From a virus, in the IMG/VR virus record IMGVR_UViG_3300022074_000006, positions 1 through 64,000 of that record: a stretch of 64,000 bases of DNA; one strand, written 5' to 3'. How positions within the stretch are numbered: the stretch's first letter is position 1; each line of letters starts with the position of its first letter. The notes beneath the pieces were generated by a model, which was given only the letters and a program-made list of their open reading frames with translations, searched no databases and had not been told where the DNA came from. The position numbers were made by a program, and so were the translations under genes. Positions 18,556 through 29,300 of the stretch are shown piece by piece.

Positions 18556-20391
18556 ATGCAGATATTAAAGTGCTTAGTTGATAGAGTCATACCACATCCG
18601 GGAGATATCACAGACGAAGAGATGACCGAAATAAAGTTAGATTTATCTGCACCTGATAATATACCAGACAGAAGAACTGACGAAAAGGGAGACCAAGAAT
18701 CAGAAGTAGACATTGGGAAGTTGATATCAGACATGCCCAGAAATTCAATAGTAGCTACCCCGATTGGAACTTCTCATCAAGTTTCTAGCATAGACGAGAA
18801 AATAATATGCTACCCTTTCTTTTCTTCACACTTAGTACTTCCGATAAAAGCAGGTGAATTTGTATGGGTGATGTCAGAGAAGTCTTTTGACAACGAAGAA
18901 AACATAGGGTCAGGCCCTTTTTACTGGATGTCCAGAGTGCACGGATCTCTAATTAGTGAAGATGTTTCTTTTACACACTATGAGAGGCAAATGAATGTTC
19001 TAAACATAAGTTTCAGCAAGGAGTCAAGAGGAGAAGAACAGACAAAGAAGCAAATGAGAGAGTATCAGCCTGCGTTTAGAGGAGACAGGATATTTTCTGA
19101 AGACAATAAGCTGACTGCCTATGATGCGAGAGATCATGTCGAAGAGCCGGTTCCTAGGCTTACAAAACATCCGGGAGACCTAGTAATACAGGGGTCTCAT
19201 AATACTTCTATAACAATGGGCACTTCTTACTCTGACATGAGAGGTCTCGATGAAATATTAAACCCAGAATTTAGCCAGGATGAAACTCAAGCTTCTAGGG
19301 CATTTTTTGATCCCGACGTGATGACAGGAGCTATCGACATCGTAGTCGGGAGATCTAATAACTTAAAGAACATAGAAGTAGAAGAGGGGTCTGAAGTTGT
19401 TTCGATGGGAAAAAACGGAGAACCTCTGACGGTTAGAAATGAAGACGGACACTTAGAAGTAAAAAAGAACCCAACATTTCTAGACATAACCGAAGAAAGC
19501 ATAACACACCCTAGACTTTACAATATTAACGAAGGTGATCCAGATATTCTGCACGACGCGTCTAGAATTTATCTAGGACGTGAAGAAGATGTCGACGATC
19601 TTTTTGGAATACCAGAATTATTTGCAAACAACATGTTTAATAAATCGGTAAGCAGTGAAGAACTAAACGGATCTGACAAGGGATCTTCCCCAGAAGTTTT
19701 TAAGTCTAAGAAGTCGTATGAATCAGTATTTCCGATCGCCAAAGACAGCCAGGGTTCCTGCATTGCTGCAAGGTCAAAAAACATAAGAATAGTAGCATCA
19801 TCGTTTGACAAAGACTCTAGGTCCATTCACGTTCGAAAAAAAAATGATGACGACTCTAAAGAGGTCTTCATAGACGGAGAACAGGGATCAATCATATTGA
19901 TCAAAGAGGGAAGAATAGATAGCCTAGGCACTCTGGATCCTTCACAAAGAGAAGACAAGGAGTATGCTTCTGAAAGTAAGTTCGGTGATCAGACACAAGA
20001 TATATCAGCTGAAAACCAAAAATTCACTATTGAGCATGCGTCAGAAGCCGGAAACGGAAGAGCAGTCATAGCACTAGGCGCCGACGGAACCATATACATA
20101 GACGGGCCAAGAATAGTGATTGGGTCCGGAAATGAAAAAGACAACGGAGAAGGAACACAAATTTCCCTAGGAATAGATTCACATGAGCCTGTTGTGATGG
20201 GAAACCAGTTGCATGGGATACTTTCTGCAATTATCAATGTGTTGGACAACCACATACACCCAACAGGAACAGGACCATCGGGAAAGCGAGTCCCGGGAGG
20301 ATCCGAAGTTGCGCCCGGAGCATTTACAAACACTGTTGACGATATCAGCGATTTAAAGCTAATGTTAAGCAAGATTGCAAAGACCAAATAA
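18556..20391 (+). CDS. Baseplate central spike (gp5/gpV-like)
   Basis: N-terminal YPFFSSHLVLPIKAGEFVWV (OB-fold type), C-terminal beta-repeat region and HIHPTGTGPSG tip motif. It precedes gp25 and gp6. Confidence 0.75.
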   Translation: MQILKCLVDRVIPHPGDITDEEMTEIKLDLSAPDNIPDRRTDEKGDQESEVDIGKLISDMPRNSIVATPIGTSHQVSSIDEKIICYPFFSSHLVLPIKAGEFVWVMSEKSFDNEENIGSGPFYWMSRVHGSLISEDVSFTHYERQMNVLNISFSKESRGEEQTKKQMREYQPAFRGDRIFSEDNKLTAYDARDHVEEPVPRLTKHPGDLVIQGSHNTSITMGTSYSDMRGLDEILNPEFSQDETQASRAFFDPDVMTGAIDIVVGRSNNLKNIEVEEGSEVVSMGKNGEPLTVRNEDGHLEVKKNPTFLDITEESITHPRLYNINEGDPDILHDASRIYLGREEDVDDLFGIPELFANNMFNKSVSSEELNGSDKGSSPEVFKSKKSYESVFPIAKDSQGSCIAARSKNIRIVASSFDKDSRSIHVRKKNDDDSKEVFIDGEQGSIILIKEGRIDSLGTLDPSQREDKEYASESKFGDQTQDISAENQKFTIEHASEAGNGRAVIALGADGTIYIDGPRIVIGSGNEKDNGEGTQISLGIDSHEPVVMGNQLHGILSAIINVLDNHIHPTGTGPSGKRVPGGSEVAPGAFTNTVDDISDLKLMLSKIAKTK

Positions 20392-20975
20392 TGGCTCTGG
20401 ATAAAGACGCTCTAGAGAGAAAAATAAGAGATCTTTTAGACCTGAACAAAGATCCTAAAGCTGCTGATGAGACTGATTGTGCCACCAAGATATCTGAATA
20501 TGTTGACGAATATCTTGCTGATATAGAACTTAATGCGTTTCCTGCACCAGGAATACAGCCTACAGCTCCAACTCCCACGCCAGACCCAACGGGTCCTGCT
20601 CCAAAAGCAGAACCTTCTGCTCCACTACTTGCTGCACAGTTTAAGGTGGACTTAATATCAGTTATGACGGGAAAATCAGGAGACTTTACTACATGCGGAG
20701 TAAAATTCGTTGCAGACATGGCAACAATGGCAGCTGTGTCTGATGCAAATGGTTATGCAGCTGCTGGTGCCTCAGTGTGTGCGACACCTCCAAATATAGA
20801 TGCTGCCTTCAATAAAGGAAAAGATGGCCTCAGCCATGAAGAAGTTGCTAAAGAGCTGGCAAACCAAATACACACCGCAACAACAGCTACAGTATTTACA
20901 GCTGCCGGCCCATATGCAAAAGCAGCTTTTGTTCAAACTCCACCTACACCTCCATACACCTCACCTTTCAAATAG
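20391..20975 (+). CDS. Hypothetical Ala/Pro-rich protein, probably spike-associated
   Basis: Coupled to the spike gene. Pro/Thr-rich linker PAPGIQPTAPTPTPDPTGPAP. Confidence 0.65.
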   Translation: MALDKDALERKIRDLLDLNKDPKAADETDCATKISEYVDEYLADIELNAFPAPGIQPTAPTPTPDPTGPAPKAEPSAPLLAAQFKVDLISVMTGKSGDFTTCGVKFVADMATMAAVSDANGYAAAGASVCATPPNIDAAFNKGKDGLSHEEVAKELANQIHTATTATVFTAAGPYAKAAFVQTPPTPPYTSPFK

Positions 20976-21009
20976 CGCACATTACCTTCACAGATTACTC
21001 CAGGACAAA

Positions 21010-21018
21010 TATATTTAA
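21010..21018 (+). promoter_or_regulatory. Candidate late-promoter motif TATATTTAA
   Basis: Lies in the intergenic gap 24 nt before ATG 21043. An identical 9-mer occurs at 58168-58176. Confidence 0.45.
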
Positions 21019-21042
21019 TCCAGTGTAGTAGGAGTGTATCTA

Positions 21043-21540
21043 ATGGGTAGTACCTTAAAATACAATTTTCAGTCTGTCGGTGATCCTCGAGAATTATTAG
21101 AAAAAATAGAGGAAAGAAGAGAGGCCCAATCCGAACGAGGAAGACCCATAAGCATAAAGACACCACTTCGTTTATCGGAAAACTATGGTGACCTGCTGGA
21201 GATGCACAATGATCAATTTCTTGCTATTAGAGATAATTTGAGAAATTTAATACTAACTAATCACGGAGAGCGCCTAGCCCACTATGACTTTGGAGCCAAC
21301 TTGATCTCTGTAGTCAATGAACTAGGAAGTGAAGATGGAGATGCGACAGCCATGGCTTTGATATCTCAAACTGTTACGAAGTATATGCCTTTTGTTTCTT
21401 TGGAAGGATTTGAAGTCAATACTTCCCCTATTGGGGGAAGTCCCGTTTCAGTTATAACACTCACTTTCTTTGTACCAGCCCTAGATCCAGACAAAGAGCA
21501 TCTACAGGGCCTAGAAGTATATTTGAACTTTGATGGATAA
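21043..21540 (+). CDS. Baseplate wedge protein, GPW/gp25 family
   Basis: IKTPLRL, IRDNLRNLILTNHGERLAHYDFGANL, TVTKYMPFVSLEGF. AGGAG at 21030-34 favours ATG 21043 over GTG 21034. Confidence 0.88.
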   Translation: MGSTLKYNFQSVGDPRELLEKIEERREAQSERGRPISIKTPLRLSENYGDLLEMHNDQFLAIRDNLRNLILTNHGERLAHYDFGANLISVVNELGSEDGDATAMALISQTVTKYMPFVSLEGFEVNTSPIGGSPVSVITLTFFVPALDPDKEHLQGLEVYLNFDG

Positions 21541-21553
21541 GACAGGATTTTAA

Positions 21554-23401
21554 ATGGCAAACGACATAAGAGATAAAGTTAAAAAGTCTAGAGAGAGATC
21601 TTTTCTAGCAAAAGATTTCGATGGTTTTAGAGTCCAACTTTTGGACTATGCAAGAGTTTATTTTGCTGATAACATCCAAGACTTTTCAGAATCTTCTGTT
21701 GGCGGTCTATTGTTAGATATGGCTGCTTATGTCGGTGATACTATGTCGTATTATCTAGACCACCAGTATAGAGAGCTAGATCCTGTTCGTGCTGTCGAAA
21801 GAAGAAATGTAGTTAGGCACATGGTGAACGCCGGCCTAGAAGTACCAGGACCCAGTCCTGCTTCTGCTAAGTGTAAAATCTCTATCACGGTCGACTCAGA
21901 AAAAGACGGAAATGGTGATTATGTGCCAAAAGCAACTCAGCTTCCGATTTTCAAAACCGGGACGACCGTTACATCTCCGGGAGGAATAATTTTTAATTTG
22001 ACTTCTGATGTAGACTTTGCTGAAAAAGACACGTTGGGAAACATGAAAGGTGAAGTCTCAGTCGTAAGTGTTGATGGAAATTCAAACCCTGTACAGTTCA
22101 GAGTCTCCAGAGAAGAATTTTTTGTATCAGGTCAAGAAACAACTGAAGAGTTTGACATAAGTTCAGTTCATGTACCTTTTAGAGAATTGACTCTTACAAA
22201 CCCAGACGTGACTGAGATAGTAGAGGTACATGACCTAGAAGGAAAACCTTACTATGAAGTAGAGACTCTTTCTCAAGATACTGTCTTTGTTCCCGTAACA
22301 AACGTCAAATCTGACAAAGATGAAGTCTCTAAAAATTTAGAAGTCCGACCAGCACCTAGAAGATTTACGAAAAATCGAGATCCTGACTCTGGTTTTACGT
22401 CTATTAGATTCGGCTCCGGAGACGCAAACACATTAGATAACGACATCGTTCCTGATCCTTCAAAGATATCTTTGCCTCTCTACGGCAGAAAGTCTATTAA
22501 GAGGTTCGCTATAGATCCTTCTTCAATACTCAACACTAAAACTCTTGGAGTTTCCCCAAAAAACACGACAATTACAGTTAGATATAGATTTGGTGGAGGG
22601 TTAAGTCATAATGTAGGCGCAAGATCTATTACTGAAGTAGGAGCGATTGTCACAGTATTTCATCAGGATGCTACTGAGAATGAAAAAACTAATGTTAGAA
22701 GCTCTATGGAGGTAGTAAATACTCTTCCAGCTAGGGGTGGTGATGTTGAGCCCACAATCGATGAAATGAGGGCGTCAATAGCTGTAGCATCTCAGTTTCA
22801 AGGTAGAATTGTCACTAAGCAGGACGTTTTAGCTAGGCTTTACACGCTTCCTGGAGAATTTGGAAGAGTCTTTCGAGCTGGGATAAGAGAAAATCCTATA
22901 AACCCACTATCCTCCAGGCTTTTTATTCTTACAAGAGGTGCAGCCGGAGATCTTCAAATAGCACCTGACACAATGAAAAACAACATAGCAAACTACTTGA
23001 ACGAATTTAGACTAGTCTCAGAGTCTATTGAAATACTGGACGGTAGGGTTTTAAACTTTGGAATAAGGTTTCAGGTAGTCACAAAACCAAATGCAAATAA
23101 GGAATCTGTCTTGCAAGGGATTATAAACGAGCTTTCCCTGATGTACGAAATAAGAAATATGCAAATAGATCAGCCCTTGGTTCTAGACGACATGAGATAT
23201 TCAATACTTCAAAATCCTGGTGTGGTTACTCTAAAGAACTTGGAGATAATTTCTAGAGTTGGAGTCGTGGCAGACAGAGACTATAGCACAGAATCGTTTG
23301 AAAAGACTTCTATTGTCAAGAACGGTCTAGTAGTCGGTCCGCCCGGATCAATATTCGAACTTAAATTTCCTGAGTTTGACATAATTGGGAGCACAACCTA
23401 A
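21554..23401 (+). CDS. Baseplate wedge protein, T4 gp6 / baseplate J-like
   Basis: KDFDGFRVQLLDY, DFSESSVGGLLLDMAAYVGDTMSYYLDHQYRE, IRFGSG, RIVTKQD. Confidence 0.9.
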   Translation: MANDIRDKVKKSRERSFLAKDFDGFRVQLLDYARVYFADNIQDFSESSVGGLLLDMAAYVGDTMSYYLDHQYRELDPVRAVERRNVVRHMVNAGLEVPGPSPASAKCKISITVDSEKDGNGDYVPKATQLPIFKTGTTVTSPGGIIFNLTSDVDFAEKDTLGNMKGEVSVVSVDGNSNPVQFRVSREEFFVSGQETTEEFDISSVHVPFRELTLTNPDVTEIVEVHDLEGKPYYEVETLSQDTVFVPVTNVKSDKDEVSKNLEVRPAPRRFTKNRDPDSGFTSIRFGSGDANTLDNDIVPDPSKISLPLYGRKSIKRFAIDPSSILNTKTLGVSPKNTTITVRYRFGGGLSHNVGARSITEVGAIVTVFHQDATENEKTNVRSSMEVVNTLPARGGDVEPTIDEMRASIAVASQFQGRIVTKQDVLARLYTLPGEFGRVFRAGIRENPINPLSSRLFILTRGAAGDLQIAPDTMKNNIANYLNEFRLVSESIEILDGRVLNFGIRFQVVTKPNANKESVLQGIINELSLMYEIRNMQIDQPLVLDDMRYSILQNPGVVTLKNLEIISRVGVVADRDYSTESFEKTSIVKNGLVVGPPGSIFELKFPEFDIIGSTT

Positions 23402-26394
23402 TGTACTTAATACTGACAGCTAGCAAAGATAACTACATAACTAATAAAATTATTTCAAATGGTCCTGCTTTTTCTAAGAGAAGTGTGGCTACTTTAAACT
23501 TTGGCGGAGGAATGGATTCCAACACAAAGATTACGATAACCAGCACTGACTTATTGGCAAAAACTTATCTGGTGATTCAAAATGGACATGGATCTATAGC
23601 TAACGGAGACCTAATAGAAATAGGAGACACTCCGGAGGGTCCAAACACATCATCATCCGGGGAAATTGGAATTTCAGGCGGGACTGTTGCTGTCAACGCA
23701 AAAATAACGTTAATCTCTACAGATACTACTTCCTTGACTTACATAGGTGCTACAGAAGGGGGGTCCGTCGCGACCGGAAAATCTCTTGCCATTGGAGATG
23801 ATCCTGATGGGGAAGGAAATATAGCAGGAGGAGACCCTAGGATTGGAATGATAGCCTTTCAAGTAGGAACAAATGCTGCATCCGGTGCAAATAATCTTCA
23901 GACTGCCATTAACTCTGGAGCAGGTCATAACTCCGGAACTCCTAATTCAAAAATCTCTATAAGCAATGACGGAGCCGGAAAACTAACGCTTACACAGGTC
24001 ACAGCCGGCTCTGCAGGAAACACTAATATAGTAGAAGAAGGAGACTCAACAAACGTTATTACTGTTACAAATTTTTCAGGTGGCAACACTTACACAGCGA
24101 TAGTCGGCGGAGACGAAAGAATAGGGATGACAGCAATTCATGCAGGTAACAGTGCAGGAACTGCAGCAAACAATGCGCAAACTGCTATCAATAGCGCAAA
24201 TGGAAACAACTTGGGTGAGTCTGACTCCAAAATTATTATCGCGAACAACGGCGCCGGATCTCTTGTCCTGACACAGGCAGTTGCCGGAGAATCCGGCAAT
24301 CAAAGAATTGTGATAACATCTGACACAAACAATGTTATCACACTGGCAGACGAAGGTTTTGCAGGCGGTAAGACAGCTGCACCCATAAGAGCAACAGATG
24401 CCAATGTCGGACAGGCAGGTACCTTGGACATTTTCAAGCTATACGGAGAAAATACAATAGCAGGAAACGAAGACGACTTGATTGAGTTAAGCAGAGCCTT
24501 GATAAAGTTCGATCATGATGCTATCATTTCTCACTTGTCTAAAAGCTTGGACATAAACAGTGTCAATTTTAAAGCTGAGCTTAGACTTAGAGACATAACA
24601 ACAGGCAGAGCTGCACCTTCTAACTTTACATTGATGGCTCTTCCCCTTTCTAAGTCTTTTGATGAAGGGATCGGAAGATCTGTTTCGACATTTAACGACT
24701 TAGATATAGCTAACTTTGTGACTGCTTCTTTTGTAGGAAGTCAACCTGTTTTGTGGAATGTTGAAGGGGCGAACGCAACAGGTTCTGCACCTGGAAACTG
24801 GGATGCTTTGACAGCGGTTCAAGCTCGATCGCCATATTCAGGTGCACCAAACTCTGATCCCGCTAATTCTCCAACCACAGTCAATCTCAAATCAACTTTT
24901 ACTGCGGTTCGAGGAGACGAAGATGTTATTTTTGACGTGACAAACGCAGTTTCTTCTACGTTAAAGTCAGATATTGCAAATCACGGATTTAGAGTTAGCT
25001 TTGAAGAGAGTGAAGAAAACAACAAACAAACTTATTTTATTAAGCGACTAGGGTCTAGACACGTTAGAAACATAGATCTTAGGCCTGAGCTTCATGTTTT
25101 CTGGAATGATTCGCAAATAGACAGTTTAGAAAATGCAGAATTTGACTCGGACAACAGCGTGTATCTAAAAAACTACAAAAAGGGAATGCCTAAAAACATA
25201 AGATCAGGTACAGTCGGAGGAGATCCCGCTACTACCACAATGTCAGACATTGCAGGTGCAAACTGCATGAAGCTTATACTTTCCAAAAGTGAACTAAAAA
25301 AGACGTATAACGTTTCCCAAGTCCTAAAGGGAACAGACAGTACAGGTGAAGAAGGAAATTATACTGCTTCTTTTAACATAGACTTGTTTTCAAGTGATGT
25401 TCTAGTTGCCAGTAAGTCCGGGTCTACAACGATTACTTTCCTAGGTGGTCCACTGGACTTGAATACAAAAATTACTTTTTCTTCCACAGACGGGACTTCT
25501 AAGTCTTATCTTGCAATCACAGAAGACCATGGATCTATCGCTAACGGAGACTTAATACAAGTAGGAGATAATCCGGACGGATCTGGAGCAATAATTGCAG
25601 GGGACGAAAGAATAGGTTCTGTTGCTTTTATGGCAGGAAGCAGCAACGTTGATGCTGCAAATAATTTTGCTGCTGCTATAGACTTGGCAAATGGTCACAA
25701 TGCCGGTAATGCTAATTCAAAAATTACAATAGCAAACAACTCTAAGGGTGTAGTGACTTTGACACAAACTACTGCGGGTGGACTAGGTAACAGAAGCATT
25801 GATGTCGTGGGAGACAGCTCCCGAAGACTTAGGTTTACTCGAAACTTCTATAAGTTCACAGGAGGATCAGATTCAAAGACAGTTGAAAAAGAAGCGAGAG
25901 TTTCCGGAAGCATTACATTTGATGTATTCTGGAAGTCCAATGATGAAACTGTTACCTATCATAAAACGAAAATAAAAGTCCGAGATAATTCAGTAGGTCC
26001 GCATGGTCATGGAACTCAAACACCTTCAATTACAATGTCAAACTTGAAGTCTATGTATTCTCAAAAAGATGAAGTCAGAATAAGAGTTTTCCCCTTTGAT
26101 ATGAACGAAGACTTTAAGAACCCAGTGAAGATTCCTCACTCTAGAAAACCTTCTTACGTAGGCGACATTTACTGGAGACTGGTAAATGAAACCACGGGCC
26201 GGGTGATGATCGATTATGAAAAGAACATGGGTTCAACAAAACTTAGTTTTGATAAAGAAGGGTATTATTTTGATTTCTCAATGTCAGTACCTCCGCCTGG
26301 CGTGACGTGCAGGTTTGAGTTCTGCAGGGAAAATCAAGGAAAGGCTCAGATAATGATGCAAAGAAGATTTGCAAGATTTAGGGTGATCAAGTGA
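23401..26394 (+). CDS. Baseplate/tail structural protein (DNRLRE-like carbohydrate-binding core) carrying three copies of the insertion module
   Basis: TASKDNYI...ATDANVG...SRALIKFD...RPELHVFW pattern. Position directly after gp6. Repeated module visible in the sequence. Confidence 0.7.
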   Translation: MYLILTASKDNYITNKIISNGPAFSKRSVATLNFGGGMDSNTKITITSTDLLAKTYLVIQNGHGSIANGDLIEIGDTPEGPNTSSSGEIGISGGTVAVNAKITLISTDTTSLTYIGATEGGSVATGKSLAIGDDPDGEGNIAGGDPRIGMIAFQVGTNAASGANNLQTAINSGAGHNSGTPNSKISISNDGAGKLTLTQVTAGSAGNTNIVEEGDSTNVITVTNFSGGNTYTAIVGGDERIGMTAIHAGNSAGTAANNAQTAINSANGNNLGESDSKIIIANNGAGSLVLTQAVAGESGNQRIVITSDTNNVITLADEGFAGGKTAAPIRATDANVGQAGTLDIFKLYGENTIAGNEDDLIELSRALIKFDHDAIISHLSKSLDINSVNFKAELRLRDITTGRAAPSNFTLMALPLSKSFDEGIGRSVSTFNDLDIANFVTASFVGSQPVLWNVEGANATGSAPGNWDALTAVQARSPYSGAPNSDPANSPTTVNLKSTFTAVRGDEDVIFDVTNAVSSTLKSDIANHGFRVSFEESEENNKQTYFIKRLGSRHVRNIDLRPELHVFWNDSQIDSLENAEFDSDNSVYLKNYKKGMPKNIRSGTVGGDPATTTMSDIAGANCMKLILSKSELKKTYNVSQVLKGTDSTGEEGNYTASFNIDLFSSDVLVASKSGSTTITFLGGPLDLNTKITFSSTDGTSKSYLAITEDHGSIANGDLIQVGDNPDGSGAIIAGDERIGSVAFMAGSSNVDAANNFAAAIDLANGHNAGNANSKITIANNSKGVVTLTQTTAGGLGNRSIDVVGDSSRRLRFTRNFYKFTGGSDSKTVEKEARVSGSITFDVFWKSNDETVTYHKTKIKVRDNSVGPHGHGTQTPSITMSNLKSMYSQKDEVRIRVFPFDMNEDFKNPVKIPHSRKPSYVGDIYWRLVNETTGRVMIDYEKNMGSTKLSFDKEGYYFDFSMSVPPPGVTCRFEFCRENQGKAQIMMQRRFARFRVIK
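23485..24369 (+). repeat. Insertion module copy 1 (outer), interrupted by nested copy 2 at about 23641-24090
   Basis: Copy 1 N-part KITITSTD..HGSIANGDLIEIGDTP and C-part AIVGGDERIG..AANN..AIN..SKI..LTQ..GN..FAGG are separated by a complete second copy. Confidence 0.85.
25420..25866 (+). repeat. Insertion module copy 3 (uninterrupted reference copy)
   Basis: KITFSSTD..HGSIANGDLIQVGDNPDGSGAIIAGDERIG..AANN..GHNAG..SKI..LTQ..GN..FTGG. Confidence 0.85.
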
Positions 26395-29300
26395 CTAGAA
26401 GAAGACTTTTTGACGCTACCATAAGAGACCCTCTACCGATTATCAAGTCTGTTCTAAGCGATAGCAGTCCTGTAAAAGAGAAGACTTTAAATGCCATAAG
26501 CAGCTCTTATTCTCATCCAACTGGGTCTTGGAGATTTGATCCTCCCGGGTCTGGAGTAAAGTCAACACAGCAGCTTCACATAGACTTTTCTAAATTTGAA
26601 AACCACGTATTTTTCAACTCCGCAAGAGCAAAAGTCAATATGGCTTTTGATAAGATCATTAACAGATATCCGTTTGACGGGTCAAAAGAAGAAGTCCAAG
26701 AATTCATTGATGGTCTCAACGGCTTTGAAAGATACGTCTTTGAAAGAATCCCTAGCAGCATAGGTAGTTTGGCTTTTTTGGGGTCACAATATATAAATGT
26801 AAGTGACCGATCAGGAGTCCTCTTTCCTTCCTTGTCTAGAAAGAAAGAAGGCCTTTCTGTCGTGGATCCTAAAGAGGGATCTTTCTGTATAGACTTTCAG
26901 ATATTTGTCCCGAAAAATGTTTTAGGAGCTACAGCAAGAAAGCCGATTCTTCACAAAGTCAATGAAGCAGGAGACGTCGGGCTGACAGTTTACATGAAAG
27001 AATCCGATGCTTTTGGGACAGCACCTTCGGGATCACTTTCAATCTTGTTGTCTGATGGCATATCTTCTCTTTCTTCGTCTATGGAGGTAGAAAAAGGAAC
27101 ATTTGATCATGTTTCTATAAACGTAGCTAGGTCAGGAAAAGACACTCAGATCTCCATGTTTAGAAATGGAAAGCTGACACAAACTTCTGAGGAAAGGCTG
27201 CTGAATACAATCGACACAAAAGGGGCTCCTCTATTGATAGGATCAGCGTCTTCACATGCAGCTGATGTCATCGAGGGAGGAAAGCTTCAGTTTGCTTCTT
27301 CAGAATATTTTTCAGGATCTCTGGATGAACTTAGAATATTTCACAAGACCAGAACAGAGCACGAGATCAATTACAGTATGGACTCTAATGTGTATAGCTC
27401 TGACTATCTTAAGCTTTACTACAAGTTCAACGAACCCTCTGGCTCTCATGGAGGGAGCGATGTAGTTCTAGATAGTTCTGGAAACAGCTTGCATGCAAGA
27501 ATAGAAGGGTATCAGGGGGTCTGCAGAGGTCTTAGAGGTTCTGGACTCGCAGAGGAGGATCCTATCCTCTCTCCTGTCTTGTTTCCTTCACATGTAGATT
27601 TGATCGACTTAAACAAGTCGCTTCTTTTTACAGCATCTCGGTATGATGACTCTAACCCTAATGTAATTACTCGTCTTGTTCCTACTCATTATTTAAAAGA
27701 AGCCCAAATAGATCAGGCACTCTCAACTTTTGATGGTGGAGTTGGAGATCCATATGGGACTTCTTTAGGTGTTCCAGGTTCCGGAAAAATATCACAACCT
27801 CAAATTATATCCAGCCTTCTTTTTACCTGGGCATCTCTTTTTGATGACTTGAAACTTTTTGTGCAAACTTTAGGAGATGTAGAATTTATTTCGCTTGTTA
27901 AGTCAGGAACAGTTCCAGATCAGTTTCTGATCGACAAAGCCGAAAGGATGGGATTCCCACTTCCTGATTTATATTCAAATGCGTCTTTATCGCAGTTTCT
28001 TTTTGCTGCGAGCACTCAGAAGGAAAAAGGCTTAATCACAAAATCTTTAAACTCAGTTCAAAATGAGGTGTGGAGAAGAGTCCTGTCTGATCTTCCTGAA
28101 ATCATGAGATCGAAAGGAACAATTCACTCAGTTGAGACTTTTTTGAGAAATGTAGGCATAGAACCAAATGGTTTGTTTAGGCTTAGAGAATACGGAGGTT
28201 CTAGAAAGATATACCTCGGAAGAGAGCGGCTGAAGAGAAAAGAAGTAACTCCTTTTCTTAACTTTACGTCTTCATACAATAATTTCTCTCCTGCTTATGA
28301 CGCCAATAATATGTCTACAAATTTTCAAGTAGTCAAATCACCGTTTCTCATTGCTTCTAGAAGCGAACCGGGAACGCCTCAAATTACAGAGCATCATAAT
28401 CTAGCTGAATACTACGTTGCGAGAGGCAAGGAGTATGGGTCTGCAGACAACTTAGTAGCTCTGTTTAGGTATTCGTCCGGATCAAGTGGGAAAGTGTCAC
28501 ACCCTAACCACGATGTTGGTCTAACCCTAAAGGATGTTACAGGTTTTGTTTCACCTCTTACGGCATCAGCCCACCAAGCCGGTGCCGGCGTCTCTGTTGG
28601 TCACGGAATTATTACTGGGTCTATATCACCAAAGATAAAGTTAGAATTCGCAGAATATCCAGATGGGCAGGCTCAGTATGGAGAAATTCCCGACAACGAT
28701 AGTTTGTCATTCGGATCAGGCGCTCTTTCTGTGTCTATGTGGGTTCAATTTAGCACAGGACATCCGGGTAATGACAAGCTGATAATTAAAAAGTCTACTG
28801 AATACACAGTTAAATTCGACGCTAGTGGAGACTTGACCTATACTTTAGTTGACAGCGCCGGCGGCTCTAAAACAATGGTGGTATCTGCTGACACCCCTTC
28901 TTCACATTATCTTTTTGATGGCCGATGGCACATGATTACACTTACCCATGAAGGTGGCGGAGGAAACAATGGTGTAAACACTGGAAAGATGAGAATATAC
29001 ATCGATGGCTCGCTAGAGGCAACAGGAGGCACTGTTTCTGGAGGAAATTTCTCTCAAATGAGAAACACAGGAAACAATCTGTTTATAGCTTATGAGCCCG
29101 GGGGAGGCAATACGGGTTGTAAGGTGAATCTAGCTGACTTAGCACTTTGGAGTGCAAGTCTTGATGCAACCACCGTGGAGGCAGTGTACAATTCATACAG
29201 GCGGGAAGAAGACAAGGAAAAGATTGGCCCAGATTTACCACATGGTCTATTGACATCAGGATCATGGGGATACGAAGGGTGGTATAAGTTCAGACCGTTC

